Assembly (NCBI GenBank): GCA_017499595.2
Contig: CM039003.1
Location: 1,550,001-1,614,000 of the forward strand
Origin: Psilocybe cubensis
Taxonomy: Eukaryota
Reading direction: 5' to 3'
DNA length: 64,000 nucleotides
The position numbers and the translations under genes were made by a program. The first letter of the stretch is position 1. Each line of letters starts with the position of its first letter. Below the pieces are notes generated by a model. The model saw only the letters and a program-made list of their open reading frames with translations. It was not told where the DNA came from and made no database searches. Below are positions 29,031 through 43,191 of this stretch, piece by piece.

Positions 29031-30280
29031 TCAAACTCTACAATTGTCTAGATTGAAAATGAGAACATCTTCAGCGCCAATGGCGACCAGTTCATCCATC
29101 ACTGTGGCAGCCTTCTTCTTTTCCACCATGCTGCTCACAGCGACCCAGTTTTCTTCTTCCAGAGGGCTAACAGTCGGAGCTCTTCGTCCTGGGGTGATTT
29201 GAAGAGCGGCAGTGAGATTGTCACGGGAGATGTTGTATTGACAGATAACATATTTTGCCGCAGCGATCACACCAGAGATTCGTCTCGTGATAAGGTCGAT
29301 GAGATTCTTCAAGTGTGGGTGTTTAGGGGTAGATGACCGGATAAGAACAGCTTCTGTATCGAGTACAGTGGCTATCGCGTGAAGGCCGGCGGCCCTCATT
29401 GTATCGCCAGACTCTAAACAAAGGGTAAGCCACGTCAAAATTTGAGAAGAGGAAAAATACGGACCGACAAGATCAACTGATTGAAGATAAATAACGATAG
29501 TTAGACAAAGTAACTTGAGTAACGATCCCAACGTACCGATCCCATCCGCTAGCCCAAGAGCGCAAGCAGCTTCAACACTTCCTCCTACATATTCAATTTT
29601 TGTCCTCTGATCACCCTGGAGATTTAGGCGGTCGTCGATCTCCTTGAAATATTGTTCCGAAAGGACGTTGAAGCTCGTAACCACTCTTTTACCCGCAAGA
29701 TCTTCAACAGTTTTAATTGACCCCGCCTCCGGGACCTGAACCTGTAGTGAACATTTTCCGAATCCAAGTCGTAGCTCCTCAACGACCAAGTCCTGCATTT
29801 CTGCCTCGAGAATAACATCGTGCCCTGTGATTCCGAGATCAACGTTTCCTTTGCCAACGAAAGAAGGGATATCTGATGCTGGAAGGAAGACACTTGGGCA
29901 TGCTTATTAGATAAAATATGGCCAGAAGTGGGACGCGGACTCACAGAGCGATGTTGTGATTCAAAGAAACGCAGACATCTAATCGGTTGGGTCTTCGGAA
30001 TTGGATATCAGCGCCTGTAATCTATTGTAAGGTCATCGCGTCTAAGTTTATTACACAATTGAGCATACCGGCCAAAAGAGACAGGCATTTTTCGTGTAGT
30101 CTTCCTATTCAACCCATTGATTGATGTCCGGACACAGCACATGCCTCAACAAAGGTGTCGCACCTTTCTTTGGGATCGCAAAAAGCAATCGACCATCGAG
30201 GGATTCAGCGTCTGATTCAGACAGAAGGTTTAGAAGGAGTTTCAAGTAAGCATAGTAAATTGCTCACTCATTAATGACAT
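29031..30280 (-). CDS. HIS1: ATP phosphoribosyltransferase
   Basis: RLLFAIPKKGRL, DIPSFVGKGNVDLGITGHD, GSVEAACALGLADGIVDLVESGDTMRAAGL and C-terminal TPGRRAPTVSPL...GAEDVL. Confidence 0.96.
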
Positions 30281-31219
30281 TTCCTCGACAGCCTCCTCCC
30301 GTTGATGCACAGAGGTATCCCGAAGGTGAAGAGAACGCAATGGAAGTTGGTTGTGACTTATCTCGGCGCGCGTTCGGGGTACTATTAAATTTTGCCGAAA
30401 TCAGATCGCGCCCGGACCGAAGTTGAGTGGCTGTACACTTCCTCCTCACCAATTACAGTCTCGGACGACATTGAAGTTGTTTCTCAGTGCAGCGTTCAAA
30501 ACGGGGTTCTTGTTTTCAATTTTTCCAACTCTACGGATTCTTATATCTGTTTTCATCGCTTCTTTCCGGAAATTGCGGAATAATGATGAAAAGCCTTCTT
30601 GGGTTCAACATTTCGCCATTGGAACCATCTTGAGCGTGGATCATGTAAGTAACTTGTGTCAGGTGGTTCACAATGGTTCTCCCTGGGTCGGTATTCTAAA
30701 GGAATTGGATTGCCATATCCAGACTACGGATAAGAAGGAGAGCTAAAAAAGTTCCAAAATAGGCATGTCTAGCGGTGAAAATCTCGAGGTTTTCTAGGGT
30801 TGTTTGATGTGGCATTCACTTTAAAATCTGGACATGACTTCAACCCCTGGGTTCAGAATGCACAAGTCAATGATATGGCCTACCTGATACCTCAGAGGCC
30901 GACAGTCATTGAAATCCCTTCTTCTATTAGTATGGTCCTTTCATTTTACCTCATCAGTGGTGCATCTATTACCTTACTACCACATCGGACCAAGCCTTCA
31001 CTTGAGTAATTTCACTGGCCTGCTTCCTCACGAGAAGGAAAAGAATTCACTCCTCTCTATTCGTGGAGCTGCACCCTTCTAGACTTCTCTGGAAAGACCA
31101 ACTGGTACCACTTTCCTGCCCGGAATTTGCCACACATGTTCCCATATTTAAGCGCCCAGAGGGATGGTTCATATAGCTTGCTGCCACGTCGACCCTTTTC
31201 CTCGTCCTTCTTGGATCTT

Positions 31220-32618
31220 ATGTTCGATAATCCATACCAATCTCCCTGGAGAGGCTCTATTGTTATGGCACCTAGTGGACGTTACCTGGACCAAGCCCCA
31301 AGGCAGGGAAGAGCATCCTTACGACTGTCGACAGGCTCTTCTACCAGCGAAGAACTACCACCTGACAGGGACATTATGGAGGGTCTCGTCGATACACCTC
31401 TTAGTCCTATATCTGTTCCGGACATAGATTCTGACCAGGAGGAAATTCAAGTCACGGATTGCAGTTTCATTGGTTCTTACAGTTGGCTAAAGGGTGACTC
31501 TCCTGCCATACTTGTTCCAGGTCAGCATATCCTGTAATAACTTTATATTATCATTGATTCACACTATCACCTCATCTTCAGGGTCGCCACCGCTTTGGCA
31601 AAACAGACCTGTTCCTTACACGATTCCTCCGGACACGGGTGTTCAGTATGTTGATCAAAATGGATTTCGAATGCCAAAACAAATCCTTCTACCGCTCATA
31701 GAGGCAGTTAACAAAGTCAAGAAGATGGAGTTCGATTGGAGTTCTGTCGATTTCGTAACAGACAGGAACAATCTCCGTAAAATTACCCGATGGGTTGGAC
31801 GAGGAGACGTTCGCGATTTCCGGATCGATTTACAGCTTGCTGGGAACAAGACTGTGTTGATGAACCGATGGGAGAAACGCACTCGTGAAGTGTTCAGTGG
31901 ACGTACTTACGGTTTCAGTTTTGAGAAGGCCTCCACTAGTCACACGCCGGAATGCAAGGATAGTGTGGGTCACCATCGAATAATTGCGTATGTAAGTGGA
32001 TGGTTACTCATCAATACACTTGTATCGCAAAATTCATGAGACCTTTTTCAGGACCTAAATGGACTAAAAATGGTCGTTAGATTCGAAGTCGATGCCGCTA
32101 TCCCACCTCCCGCAAAATACCCCCGGAGAAGTATTTCCAGTATAGACGAATTGACAGCGTCGATAAACAAAATCGCCTTGTCTCGTGCTAGTTCACAGTC
32201 AGGAAAGCTACAAATATACGAAGGGGGAAGCCAAGTATCTTCGACAGCCGTCGTCGAGCTCACCACACGATCACAGAATAATATAAAATTAAATGGGTTC
32301 GACTGGAAGGAGGCATATCCACAGCTCTTTTTCTCTCAAACCGCCCATCATTTTCTTGCCATTCATAACCGTGGGCGTTTTGTCGACATTCAGAAACGTA
32401 AACTATCTTCGGACGAGCTCCAAGCTGTCCAGGAAGATTCTCAAGTTGAATTAAAGAAGGTTAGGAGGGCTCTGGATTTGATCAAGCAGGTCGTCATCGA
32501 GAATGGACTCGAGGGCCGCATAAGCTTGGTGTGCCGCGGGGGCGAGATGAAAGTATACAAGAGGATTAGCGATGACAGTTGCCTTCCGGAAAACGCGTTC
32601 AAATTATTTGAGGCTTGA
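31220..32618 (+). CDS. conserved fungal hypothetical protein with DXO/Rai1-like motif pattern
   Basis: DFVTDRNNLRKI, YGFSFEK, VRFEVDA, VELTT and YPQLFFS. Introns at about 31521-31581 and 31992-32051. The start codon is uncertain. Confidence 0.65.
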
Positions 32619-32970
32619 TTTGCCGTACTTGTCTGTCATCACTTTGACCGACATGGGATGTGTATCTGCGGATGACCTTAGGACGACCTGATGGTGTGGA
32701 AGATCCCTTTACAGGAAATCGAGCATAGGGTTTGAAAAGTATTTGAATGACCTTCTGTGAAAGTGGATACGAGTTTTTCATGTTGTAGTCACGTTGGAGC
32801 CACATATGAAATCATCTTTATGTTTGGATAACATCGAGTGTTGAAAGGACTCCACACGGTCGAGGTTATTAGTTGCCTCGCCACATCGCCCTTGGGTTTA
32901 AATCACAACACTCACATAACAGGATCCATTTTACAGTCTTCAAAATTCTGAACGACTTGCCTACAAGAAC

Positions 32971-34210
32971 ATGACAGGAAGAACGAGGGAGGAAGAAAAA
33001 CAACAGTCCAGCGAGCCATATCGAGAAGGTCATAACAAACAAGAGACAACAAACTCATTTAGCCCAATTGCAACATCGACAGCGACAGCGACAAGTCCTG
33101 CTTTTCCTGAACTTCACTTTGAATATCGATACCTTTATATCTTCTTATATGCTTTATTCCTGCTCGTGTGCAATGTCATTATACCATGTGTTTTGTTCTA
33201 CCCGCTCATTGGTCGTGCGTCCCAAACCTGTGATGCAATCTAGTTTTATTTTACTGACCTTCTACGCATATCTTCTCCCTAGTCACCAACCTAACGAGAA
33301 AAGCGGTTATTGGAATATCATCAGCAGCACTGGGAATTTCTTCCTGCTTTGATTCACCTGCTCGCCTATATCGACGTACGTGGCCACTTCAATACCCTAT
33401 TCCACCATTTTTTCATTCCACTTTCGTCTCGAATAGTTGTTCGTTACCGTCGCGATTATGGCCCTCTTGGAGACGATGTCTGGTGGCACCTTGATTTTTC
33501 AATGTGGATATATACGATCGCCCTACTCATTTTTGCCATCCCACTTGCAATCGCCCCGGCCATACCCCTATTGTGCGCAGTTCCCGTCTAACTTTCTCAA
33601 ATAATCCAAAACGCCTTATTCTCAATTTGGTCTACAGTAACTTCTTTTTGATGTCAACAGTCATGCTTGTCGGTCCACTTGGCTTTATATTTTTCATCTC
33701 GCTATTCCGGCCCAAGTTGCCCTTCCGTTGTTCCTCTGATCCCGCTGGGGTAAAAATGAAACCCGCGGTTTTTTACGTCATGGAAGATGTCGCTTCCGTG
33801 GATTTCAAGCACGGAAGGCAGTTTAGGAGAGATTTACACCAACGGTATGTGTCCCCCTTACAGCTAAGTAATTCTTGTATCTTCATGCCTTTCTGGACAC
33901 TAGGTGGAATTCATCCCCTCCATTTCAGAAACTAATGATGAATCTTACTATATACTGGACGATATCGGCCGTCATATATTGTGGGGTTACTGCTGCTGTA
34001 TCTTGGGCAACCCCCTTGGAATTCGCATTTGCATGGACGCTCGGACAACTCTTTGTATGGGCCCGTCTAAGTGCCCTGGGGTGCCGGGTGTTATCGAAGC
34101 GGGGCCTGCGAAAAGAAAGGGAGTGGTGGGCCAGGCAAATGGAACATCAAAAGGACCTACAACGTTCTGTGGAATTGAAGGAAAATACCTTTGCCGAACG
34201 ACATGTATAA
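32971..34210 (+). CDS. multi-pass membrane protein, unknown function
   Basis: Spliced exons give about 6 hydrophobic segments, with conserved-looking YVMEDVASVDFKHGRQFRRDLHQRWNSSPPFQKL. Confidence 0.7.
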
Positions 34211-35169
34211 ATGTTTGTACCTGATTCATCTTTAGCGATACTTCACTTACCCAAAATATCAGGGCTCCTATCTTCAGCTAGTACTATGTAATGATGCATC
34301 TATCATACATTCGTTTTCCCAATGGAATTAATTCGAATTGAACAAGAGTATACATGATTTCCTCACAAAGCGCTCGCAATGTCGAATTCGACTACAAGAG
34401 GGTGACTAACAAAATAATCACACGGCGTCTCTATTAAAAACGATTACATCTTCCACGATGCGATAATTTTAACTCGTTCCTACTCGTTCTCTGACAAGAT
34501 CCAAACTGTCGGCCAATTGTCGGGTACTAAAATATACATGAATTCGACTTTGTTTTGACGTCGTCTTCGTCCTCGAGAAGTTAATGGGGCTCGTCAGATT
34601 TTCTGCTGCGTACATCCAATGGCAGATGATCCTTCGTCTATCGCACATTACCAATGCCGACCCTATCTCCTTCTCACGCAATCCATTGCTGGCTTGGATT
34701 CAATTCGTTTGGGTACAACTTCTTCGTCCGATACTCGGGAAAGATTCAAGGGGAACTCAGCTTCGGTGTTCGATGCTCCTTTTGCCCTTGAGATGACACA
34801 GAACAAGGACCACATTGTTATGGAATACCACAGCAGCCACGCGAGCGAGCAAATTCCACTAAGCCGGAAATCGCATCTCACTAGCCTATTTTTAGATGTT
34901 CCCAAGAATGTTATTACCCATCGCAAACACCATATGCTAGATGTGCTTCTCGTGAAAATAACTCTTTATCTGCCACTCGCCAATGACTTTCTGCAGGGTG
35001 ATCACTTAATTTCTTCCCTTGCTGATGGACAGGCCGTTTTCCATGACGGATATGATGCCTGACGTCTGTTATATATGGCCGACCTTGTACTCTGCTCTGT
35101 ATTTAATCGTTGGGTGTTCACCAACTAGATCCATCGAGCAGACTCGAACTGCTCGCATCTGTGCCCACG

Positions 35170-38100
35170 ATGCGTCGTTCCTTCATTTCCTTGGTGGCCC
35201 TTTCTGGTATCGCTTTTGCAATACCATCGCCCCGCTCTTCGCATGTTCTGCACGAGAAGAGGGCAATGGAACCCACCGACTGGGCTAAGAGTCGTCGTGT
35301 CGACCCTGACTGGGTTTTGCCTATGCGATTTGGGCTGGTCCAGTCGAACCTGGATAAGATAGAAGATATGCTCATGTCGGTATCTTCGCCGCATTCGCCT
35401 ACGTATGGTCAACACTTTACCCCGGAGCAGATTCGCGACACATTCGCACCTAGCCAGGACACTATCGACTCCGTCACAGAATGGCTCGTCAGCTCTGGTA
35501 TTTCTCGAGACCGACTTCGCCTTTCTCACAACAAAGGATGGATACATCTTGATGCTACCACATCCGAGGTCGAGGATCTCCTCAAAGCCGAGTACCATGT
35601 GTACACGCACACTAGTAGCGGCGTCGAGCAGATAGGTTACTCATTTTGATTTGTTATTGAGAAGTTTAATACCGACAACCTTTTATTAAAGGTTGCCACA
35701 ATTATTCAGTACCCGCCCACGTCCAGAAGCATGTCGATCTCATCAAACCTACAATACAATTTAACCACCGCATAGGCGCTAACGCGATGTCGAAGAGGTT
35801 TGGTGGCATCGGAAAGCCTTCCATCGGAAATGGACCTAAGAAATCTAACAAAGCCGTTACCATCACCCCAACACTATCGACCTGTGACAAGATGATTACT
35901 CTTGATTGTTTAAGAGCGTTGTACAATATCAATTATACGCCAGTGGCTACGGATAAAAATTCGTTCGGTGTTGGTAAGTGTTAGACCTGGAAATTTGTGG
36001 GATAGTAACCTGATGTGGCACATTCCTTTAGTTGAATTCACTCCCCAGGCGTTCCTTCCAGGAGACCTAGATTTATTCTTCAGGTATTTTTCGTTTTGGA
36101 CACTGTCATGGAGCATATACTCAACTCCACACAATCAGAAACTTCTCGCCCAGTCTCGTTGGCGTCAGACCTAAATCTGTCTTAATCGATGGAGGTGTGT
36201 AACTTTGACCTATAGTGTCAATAGCAATGCTCATCAATACCTTCTGCATTACAGCCGTCGTTCAGAACACGTCACAGAGTTTTGATTTCAATGGAGAAAG
36301 TGACTTGGATCTTCAATACGCCATGGGTCTGACAGCACCCCAAGAGGTGACCCTTCTACAGACTGGAGATCTTTCCCAAGGTTCGTTCTGATAGATATAT
36401 GCGTGTCGCCATTCTTCTTCAGCAGGTTTATTCTGATCCCGTTACTTAGGGGCTGGATTTGACAATTGGCTTGATGCTCTTGACGGATCATTCTGCACTT
36501 TTGATGGCGGAGATGATCCTGAACAGGTCTGTGGACTTGGAAATGATGATCATAAAATATATGTTCACCAAGTTATATAGGATGGAATTTACCCAGATGC
36601 CGCCGGATGTAAGTTTTGATTCAGCTTATATATGACTTCATGAATTTTCGCTGATACTCACCGTTATGTAACAGCCCCTGCTTCATGTGGAATCATAAAC
36701 CCACCTAATGTTGTGTCTATCTCATATGGCCAAGACGAAGCAACCGCCTCGGTTCATTATGCTACCAGACAGTGCAACGAGTACGCCAAGGTTAGCTGGC
36801 TTGCATCCTCCTACTAGTTTACTATGCTCCTAATCACTTTTCATTATTTAGCTGGGTATGCTGGGGACTACGGTGGTCTACAGCTCTGGGGACAATGGTG
36901 TTGCTGGATTCGATAATATATGTCTGGATAGCAATCGTGAGTTCTAAATGTCAACCCATTAAATACATGCTAACTCTGGCCAGACAACGAGGGTACTACT
37001 GCTAATAAAGTATTCAATCCCGAGTTTCCTGTAAGAAATCATGTGTTATATGCCGCAAAGTTTTCCCTAAACATAACTTGGTTTCAGGCCTCTTGTCCAT
37101 TCGTCACAGCCGTCGGTGCTACCCAAGTTAACCCAGGTGCTAGTGTTAACGATCCCGAAGGCGCCTGCGAGCAAGTCATTTTCTCTGGCGGAGGCTTCTC
37201 CAACATCTTCCCGTACGCACCTATGACTAAGTGGAATCAGTAGTTTCTGACCACAATTTAGGATGCCTTCGTACCAAGCAAATGCTGTTAAAGCTTACAC
37301 CGCGGTGCATTTGACACCGTCTCCGTTCTTGCCCGGTCAGTTTAATGATTCAGGGAATGTAAGAAGACCCTTAGTGTATTTCCTTTCTATGAATGGTGTT
37401 ACTGACGATTTTTGCAGGCTCGAGCTTTCCCAGATGTGGCTGCTAACGGGTATGTCCATTTCATATTCATTGAAATATGTTATTTGACAGAAATCCTCAC
37501 AGTGCCAACTATGTTATCGGTCCGTGAAAGCTTTTTTTTCGCAAATGAAGACAGGTCTGAACAATTTTCAATGAAGGCATCGACGGTCAATTTGGCCTTG
37601 TATTTGGGACATCCGCATCAGCACCCGTCTTCGCGTCAATGATCACACTTGTCAACGATGCCCGTCTGGCGCTTAATAAGAAACCACTTGGATTCATCAA
37701 TCCTTTGGTGTGTAGGATTATAACTCTATGCAACCATATGGCTAACGTTAATTATGAAGCTATATGACCCCATTTTTGCACCTGCATTCAACGACATCAC
37801 ACAGGGCGGCAACCGTGGATGCGGTTAGTATAATACATATGACGAGATCAACCATGTACTGATGCACGCCTTCATTGGTCCAGGTACCCCTGGATTCACC
37901 GCGTAAGTATAAGCTCTATGTCATTTTGGGTATCCTCTAACCTTGTAAATGGTTTACAGCACTCTTGGGTGGGATCCTGTCACCGGTAAGGAGAAAATGA
38001 AATTTTATGATGATTATCCTCTTTCTAAGTCTACTCTCAAGGCGTCGGCACACCCAACTTTGAGAGACTTCTCAGTATTTTCGGCAAATCTATTCCCTGA
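35170..38100 (+). CDS. sedolisin / tripeptidyl-peptidase, peptidase family S53 (paralog 3)
   Basis: Signal peptide, HEKR prodomain, GESDLDLQY, SSGDNG, GTSASAP and GWDPVTGVGTP. Confidence 0.93.
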
Positions 38101-38313
38101 TTTACTAGTGGGTCTTGGTAACATATTCATTGGCATTTAATGTCAGTGATAGCCTGTGGCTACCTGAATAACCTTATGGACTTTCAAGGAAATTTTGTAT
38201 ATATCAAATGTAAATTATTCTAGCTTGAAAAAAAAAATTGTTTTCAGTATACCCCCTCTTTAGTATGGTGATATCGCTTGCACTGTCACCAACCAGTGCA
38301 GAACAGGGACCAC

Positions 38314-39065
38314 TTAGGCGCCCAACCATATTTTGCTGATTTGTATCTATTTGTCGTCGATATCAATGTCTTTCCCGAACAACCTTCTTTTTTTGACTCT
38401 AGAAAATCAGCCTTTGATTCAATTGAGTAAGTAGCGTCTACTCAGTGCTAAATACCTCTAAATTTTTTCAATTCCCTTTGATATTTGTTAACCTGTCAGC
38501 TATCACTATGACCTCTGTTCCAAACCATAAATATGTGAGTATTAGAACTCCTAAATAGCGTGATGGTACAGCTAGGAGACATGTGGATTGAGGAAAGGTT
38601 GGACGAATGAACAGACCTTCTTTGATAACGGTCACATGACACACAGAGGTACCCGCAGTGATACTTAGACCTATTATGTGAACAGCATTATCGGCTTGTC
38701 AGAAAATTGGTCTATATGAAGTGTAAATAGCTTATAGCTTGGAGGTACCATTTACTCAGTATATCGTGTCTTTTATCAGCTAGTTTGTCAACCACTTGAA
38801 AAATAGGGGCTATTTAGGCGCCCAACCGTGGTTTGTAATTATTTGCCGTTGACGTCAACGGCTGTTTCCCGATCAAACCAACCTTCTTTTTTGGGACTAG
38901 CGGGTCAGCCTCTGATTCAAATAGCACCCATTGGACGTAAATATGTCTAAATTTCTTCCATTTCCCTCCAACCTGACATTCAGTAGATTTAGTAAATTCG
39001 TTATCCCGCCACCTATCATCATGACCTCTGTTTCAAACCCTGATTTCGTGAGCATCGGAACTCGC
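38314..39065 (+). repeat. imperfect direct repeat, about 240-250 bp units at 38314-38550 and 38814-39065, covering promoter and first exon
   Basis: Shared TTAGGCGCCCAACC, TTTCCCGA...AACCTTCTTTTTT, TCAGCCT(T/C)TGATTCAA and ATGACCTCTGTT(C/T)CAAACC...GTGAG. Confidence 0.85.
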
Positions 39066-40389
39066 AAACATACTGGTCACTCTGAGAATCCGAGACTATA
39101 ACGCTCAAATCTTCTCTTTTACAGACGAATGCAATGGATCGCATCGATTCAGGAGAAACTAACGAATCTCCTTTCGGGTCTAACCTTGTCACCCCAACTG
39201 AGGAGGATTTAGAAGCGTACACCAATCGAGGCATCCACCAGCGATTTGACGTTGCTAAAACGATCCTCGGTTATTTCGGCAACAAGAGCATGAATGGCGA
39301 AGATGAGCTAGGATATGAAGAACCCTGTTCGGATGTCATCAGACTTCAACCCATGAAGCAATCCGTCGAAGAAGTATCTATCACTGTTGAGCAGAACCAT
39401 TCTTTGGAAGACGTAGTCCGTCCCAAAGAGGAGGATGAAACTGCGTATGGGCAGGACCCAGATGAATCAAAATTTGTGTGTTCCAAGTCCTCCCTACTTC
39501 ATTGATGCCTTACCTATTAGCAGACGTCATTAAACGATGATACCATTGATACCATTCCTTCCCCCATCTCCGAGTGTGCCATATCATCTTTATCTAGTAC
39601 GGATTCCATTCGACCAAGAAAAGGGGTATGAAGTCTCCTTTTTCACAGTTTCTCAAAACATCCTGATGCTCCATCGAAAGAGCATCTATAATTTACCAAA
39701 CACTCACATTGAGGTAGAAGCACCGCAGACAAGTGGTTTCTCCGAGGTAGTTTGTTCTCGCTATTTACTCTAATGTCACGTTGAAAGGCTTCACACAGAC
39801 CGAGCTGCTTGATGTAGCAGACGTCGACAGTCAGGCCAAAGCCCAACATTTACTCCACACCGACCATAAAATAGAGTCCGACCCGAGAGCTCTTCTAATT
39901 GGCGCGATATCCGAGTGTCTTGTGGATTTCCTCTTTTTTTGTATCCGAGTCTCGTTGTTTTTACCCTGGTGTGTGGCTGTCGGAGGCGCTCTCATCTTAT
40001 CCCCGGAGCTACTGGAACCTCTTGCTTTTGGAACAGGTTATATCGAACCCCTATCTGGCATCCGCCGCTATTCTCACTGGGCGACCTACGGTTTTCAGCA
40101 CATCACTTCCTTCTTCACTCTGATTGGCGCGCTGGTGTGGGTGTTTCCTTCCATTGGGTATCTAGCTATCGGCGGCATGCTGGCCCAATTCTGCTTCACT
40201 TGGCACGGTTTCCTATTCGACTCTACTATTCCACTTGGTGAAAATGATCTCCAGACAGTATACCTATTGGCCACCACCACTTGGCTTAACCATGATGACA
40301 CCATTAACATCAAAAAAGTCAATGATTCATATTATTATTCAACTAGGAGCTTAACATCCGATTCTGTCAATGAGTTGCTGGAAGGCTGA
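39021..40389 (+). CDS. hypothetical protein with acidic N-terminus and C-terminal TM segments
   Basis: 27-nt first exon (MTSVSNPDF), intron 39048-39124, then further exons. The last exon has hydrophobic helices. Confidence 0.6.
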
Positions 40390-40643
40390 GGTTGACGTTA
40401 CTTGGCATACATGTAGTTTGTACCTTGTTTTTTTACATCCGTTCTGTATTAGTGTATAATCTATTTCTGTGAAGTTCTTTACTTGCATATATACAATCTT
40501 TGAAAACCTGAACTTCGAGGTACGTAGAAATAAGATATCGGCAAGATATCCGAGTGCATGGCTTAATAAAATACAATACTATTTGAAAGCAATATGCGGC
40601 CAGGAATGCCCCAAGAAGTAGAGGTGTATATACCGAGGTAAAT

Positions 40644-43191
40644 TTACTCTACATCCACGTTGATAATTTTGATATCTTCATATGGTTTATCCAGTTTGTT
40701 CGTTTTGACATTTTCAATCGTATGCACAACCTCCAGCCCAGAGAGCACACGACCAAAGATTGTATGCTTCTTGTCCAGCCATGGCGTTGCATTGGTCGTA
40801 ATGAAGAACTGCGAACCGTTGGTATTTGGGCCAGCATTCGCCATGCTCACCGTGTAAGGGCTACGAAAGTTACAACTATTAGAGAAAAAAATATTACTCG
40901 CTGAAAAAGAGAGTACTCACCGATCATGTTTCAAATCATCTGCGAACTCATCCTCGAACTCTTTATTCCAAATCGACGTTCCACCTGTACCATCTCCGAG
41001 CGGGTCTCCCGTCTGGATCATAAACTTGGGAATGACACGATGGAAGATGACACCTTCAAAGTAGCCGCTACGAGCATGGCCGACAAAGTTTTCCACTGCT
41101 TTGGGAGCTTGCTGGGGGAACAGCCGCATGTGAATATCGCCGACTGTGGTATGAATTGTGGCAGAATTTGCGAGAGGGGATGGTCCGGTGCGTTGGGCGA
41201 CGCTAGCGGCAGCAACAGTTTGCTCTTCGCGCGTCGGGCGTTCGTTGAAAACGTCACGCTCACCGGATTTGTTGTCCCTGTAGAATGGTTAGAGACAGTG
41301 GGATGAAAAATTATCTGAATCGAAGACATACTCAGGTTCTGAACGCGTGAAGAGGTAAAAGCGTGATCTTTTGTAGCCAGTGCAGAAAAGTGTTGGATCT
41401 CGTTGTCCTTTATCCGCCAGAATGGGATTGGCTGATGCGGCCATGGCCTATTAGTAGGGAAAGATATCAATGACTAGATCATAGGCTTAGAGGATGTTTA
41501 ATATGTACCATGGTGGTTATTGACTTTTTAGCCGGTGCTCCCTGGTATAATGTAAGATTCAAAAATCGCACAGCTTCGTCTTTCCCGAGCAACCTAACCA
41601 CCCGATTTGTGAAGGTGTTCACAACTATGATGCAATGAATAAACGTATTCATATCAACGTACAGGAGACTTACCTTTGATGCCCAGCAAAGAGGGATAGA
41701 CGATCATTGCACCGCTCTCGTCCCAGACTGCGTTGCTCCAACGTCCAGGGATATAACCATCAGGGCCCGGCAGCTCCAGCTCTCTTTCTACCGCCAATCT
41801 CCTTCCAAACTCCATGTCCTCGACACGATACACCGCTGTCCCAGCTTGCTGCATCTCTTGGATAGCCTCCAGTGATTCGTCATATTTCCGCGACATCCTT
41901 CCACTAAAGAAGTTGAATACTCGTATTTGCCGGTCAGGTAGAGAAAAAGTGACAAAGGAGGATGAGTCGGGTGAGAGTGTTATGCATGTTGGTGTGGAAC
42001 GACTCTGTAAAACAATGTTTAATAGACTGCGAAGACCTGATGAGATTGGGAATACCTTCTTGAATTCATATAGATCAGTTTCGCTCTTGTATTGCCATAA
42101 TTTTTTAACGTTTTTGGGCAGAGCATAAGGTTCGGTGGGCTGCCAATATTCAATGAATCCCCCTTCATCTGCTGATATCACAGTGTCATATCTATCACTG
42201 TACTAGAAAAAATAGATGAGTTTGCGTAATTGATCAAAACAAAGTATTACATACTGTCATAACATGTACAGGAAATCGATGTATCGATTGAACTGTCTCC
42301 AAGGGTGTGTCGCCTCCACGTCCGTCGTACAGGCGGATAACACCGGACGTGGCATCTGCACTGAACTCGAATAAACGACCCGGAACCATGGATGAGAAGA
42401 ACGCGTATCACGTACACTGCAAGTAAACCTTGCGCCTGCCCTCTTCTATGCACCCAGCAGCATGACTGGGGCTTGAAGCCAAGTTTTATGATGTTGATCA
42501 TGTCTAACAAAGTGTGAGGGTTGCTGATGGTGTGCGTAGGAAGGGTGTAGGTACCCACCGAAGTTAACTACATCGAACAGTTTGGCAGTCATATCTTCCG
42601 ACACTGTTGCAAAAAGCTGGCCATCGGCGCTTGCGGATACAGCAGTCACTGGCACAAGATGTGCGCGGTAGACCTTCACAAACTCGATGCCGTGTTCTTG
42701 TTTCTTCCATATTTTGACCACACCGTCGATAGAAGTTGTGATGAGAAACTCGGTTCTGACATGAAGAAAGGAATGTAAGCAGTTATTCCAAATGTAATAG
42801 AAACTGAGTTGACTGGAGTATTCACTTTGTCACTACGCAGAAATTGGCCACGTCGCGGTGCATAAAGGATTTGTAGTATTGATTCGCGTCAGGCAAGTGG
42901 TTTAAGTAGAGTCGTTCATGTGGAAGAACTGGGAGAGTTATTAGCGCAAGATCTTCATGAACAGACACATCAGTTTTCGATCGTACCCTTTCTCTTTTTC
43001 TTGTTGGCACTACCTGCCTCAGCGGCAGAGAGGGGCATGGGACCGACATCGTCGTCGTCGGAATCGTCATCCACTGTCACTTTTTTATTGGCTGGTTCCG
43101 AATCTTCAGCTGCATTGTCGTCATTGCCATTGTTTCGCGCCCGTTTCCCCAACACAGACGCGTCGTGTTCCTCTGAAGATGATTCGGACAT
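40644..43191 (-). CDS. PPWD1: WD40-repeat cyclophilin peptidyl-prolyl isomerase (PPWD1/Cyp15-like)
   Basis: YYKSFMHRD and [12 protein letters not shown]-terminal WD region; cyclophilin [22 protein letters not shown] and [17 protein letters not shown]...[12 protein letters not shown]. Confidence 0.93.

Noticed and set aside
34584-35062. ORFs upstream of sedolisin paralog 3
   Set aside because: No motifs or supporting splice structure; likely promoter sequence.
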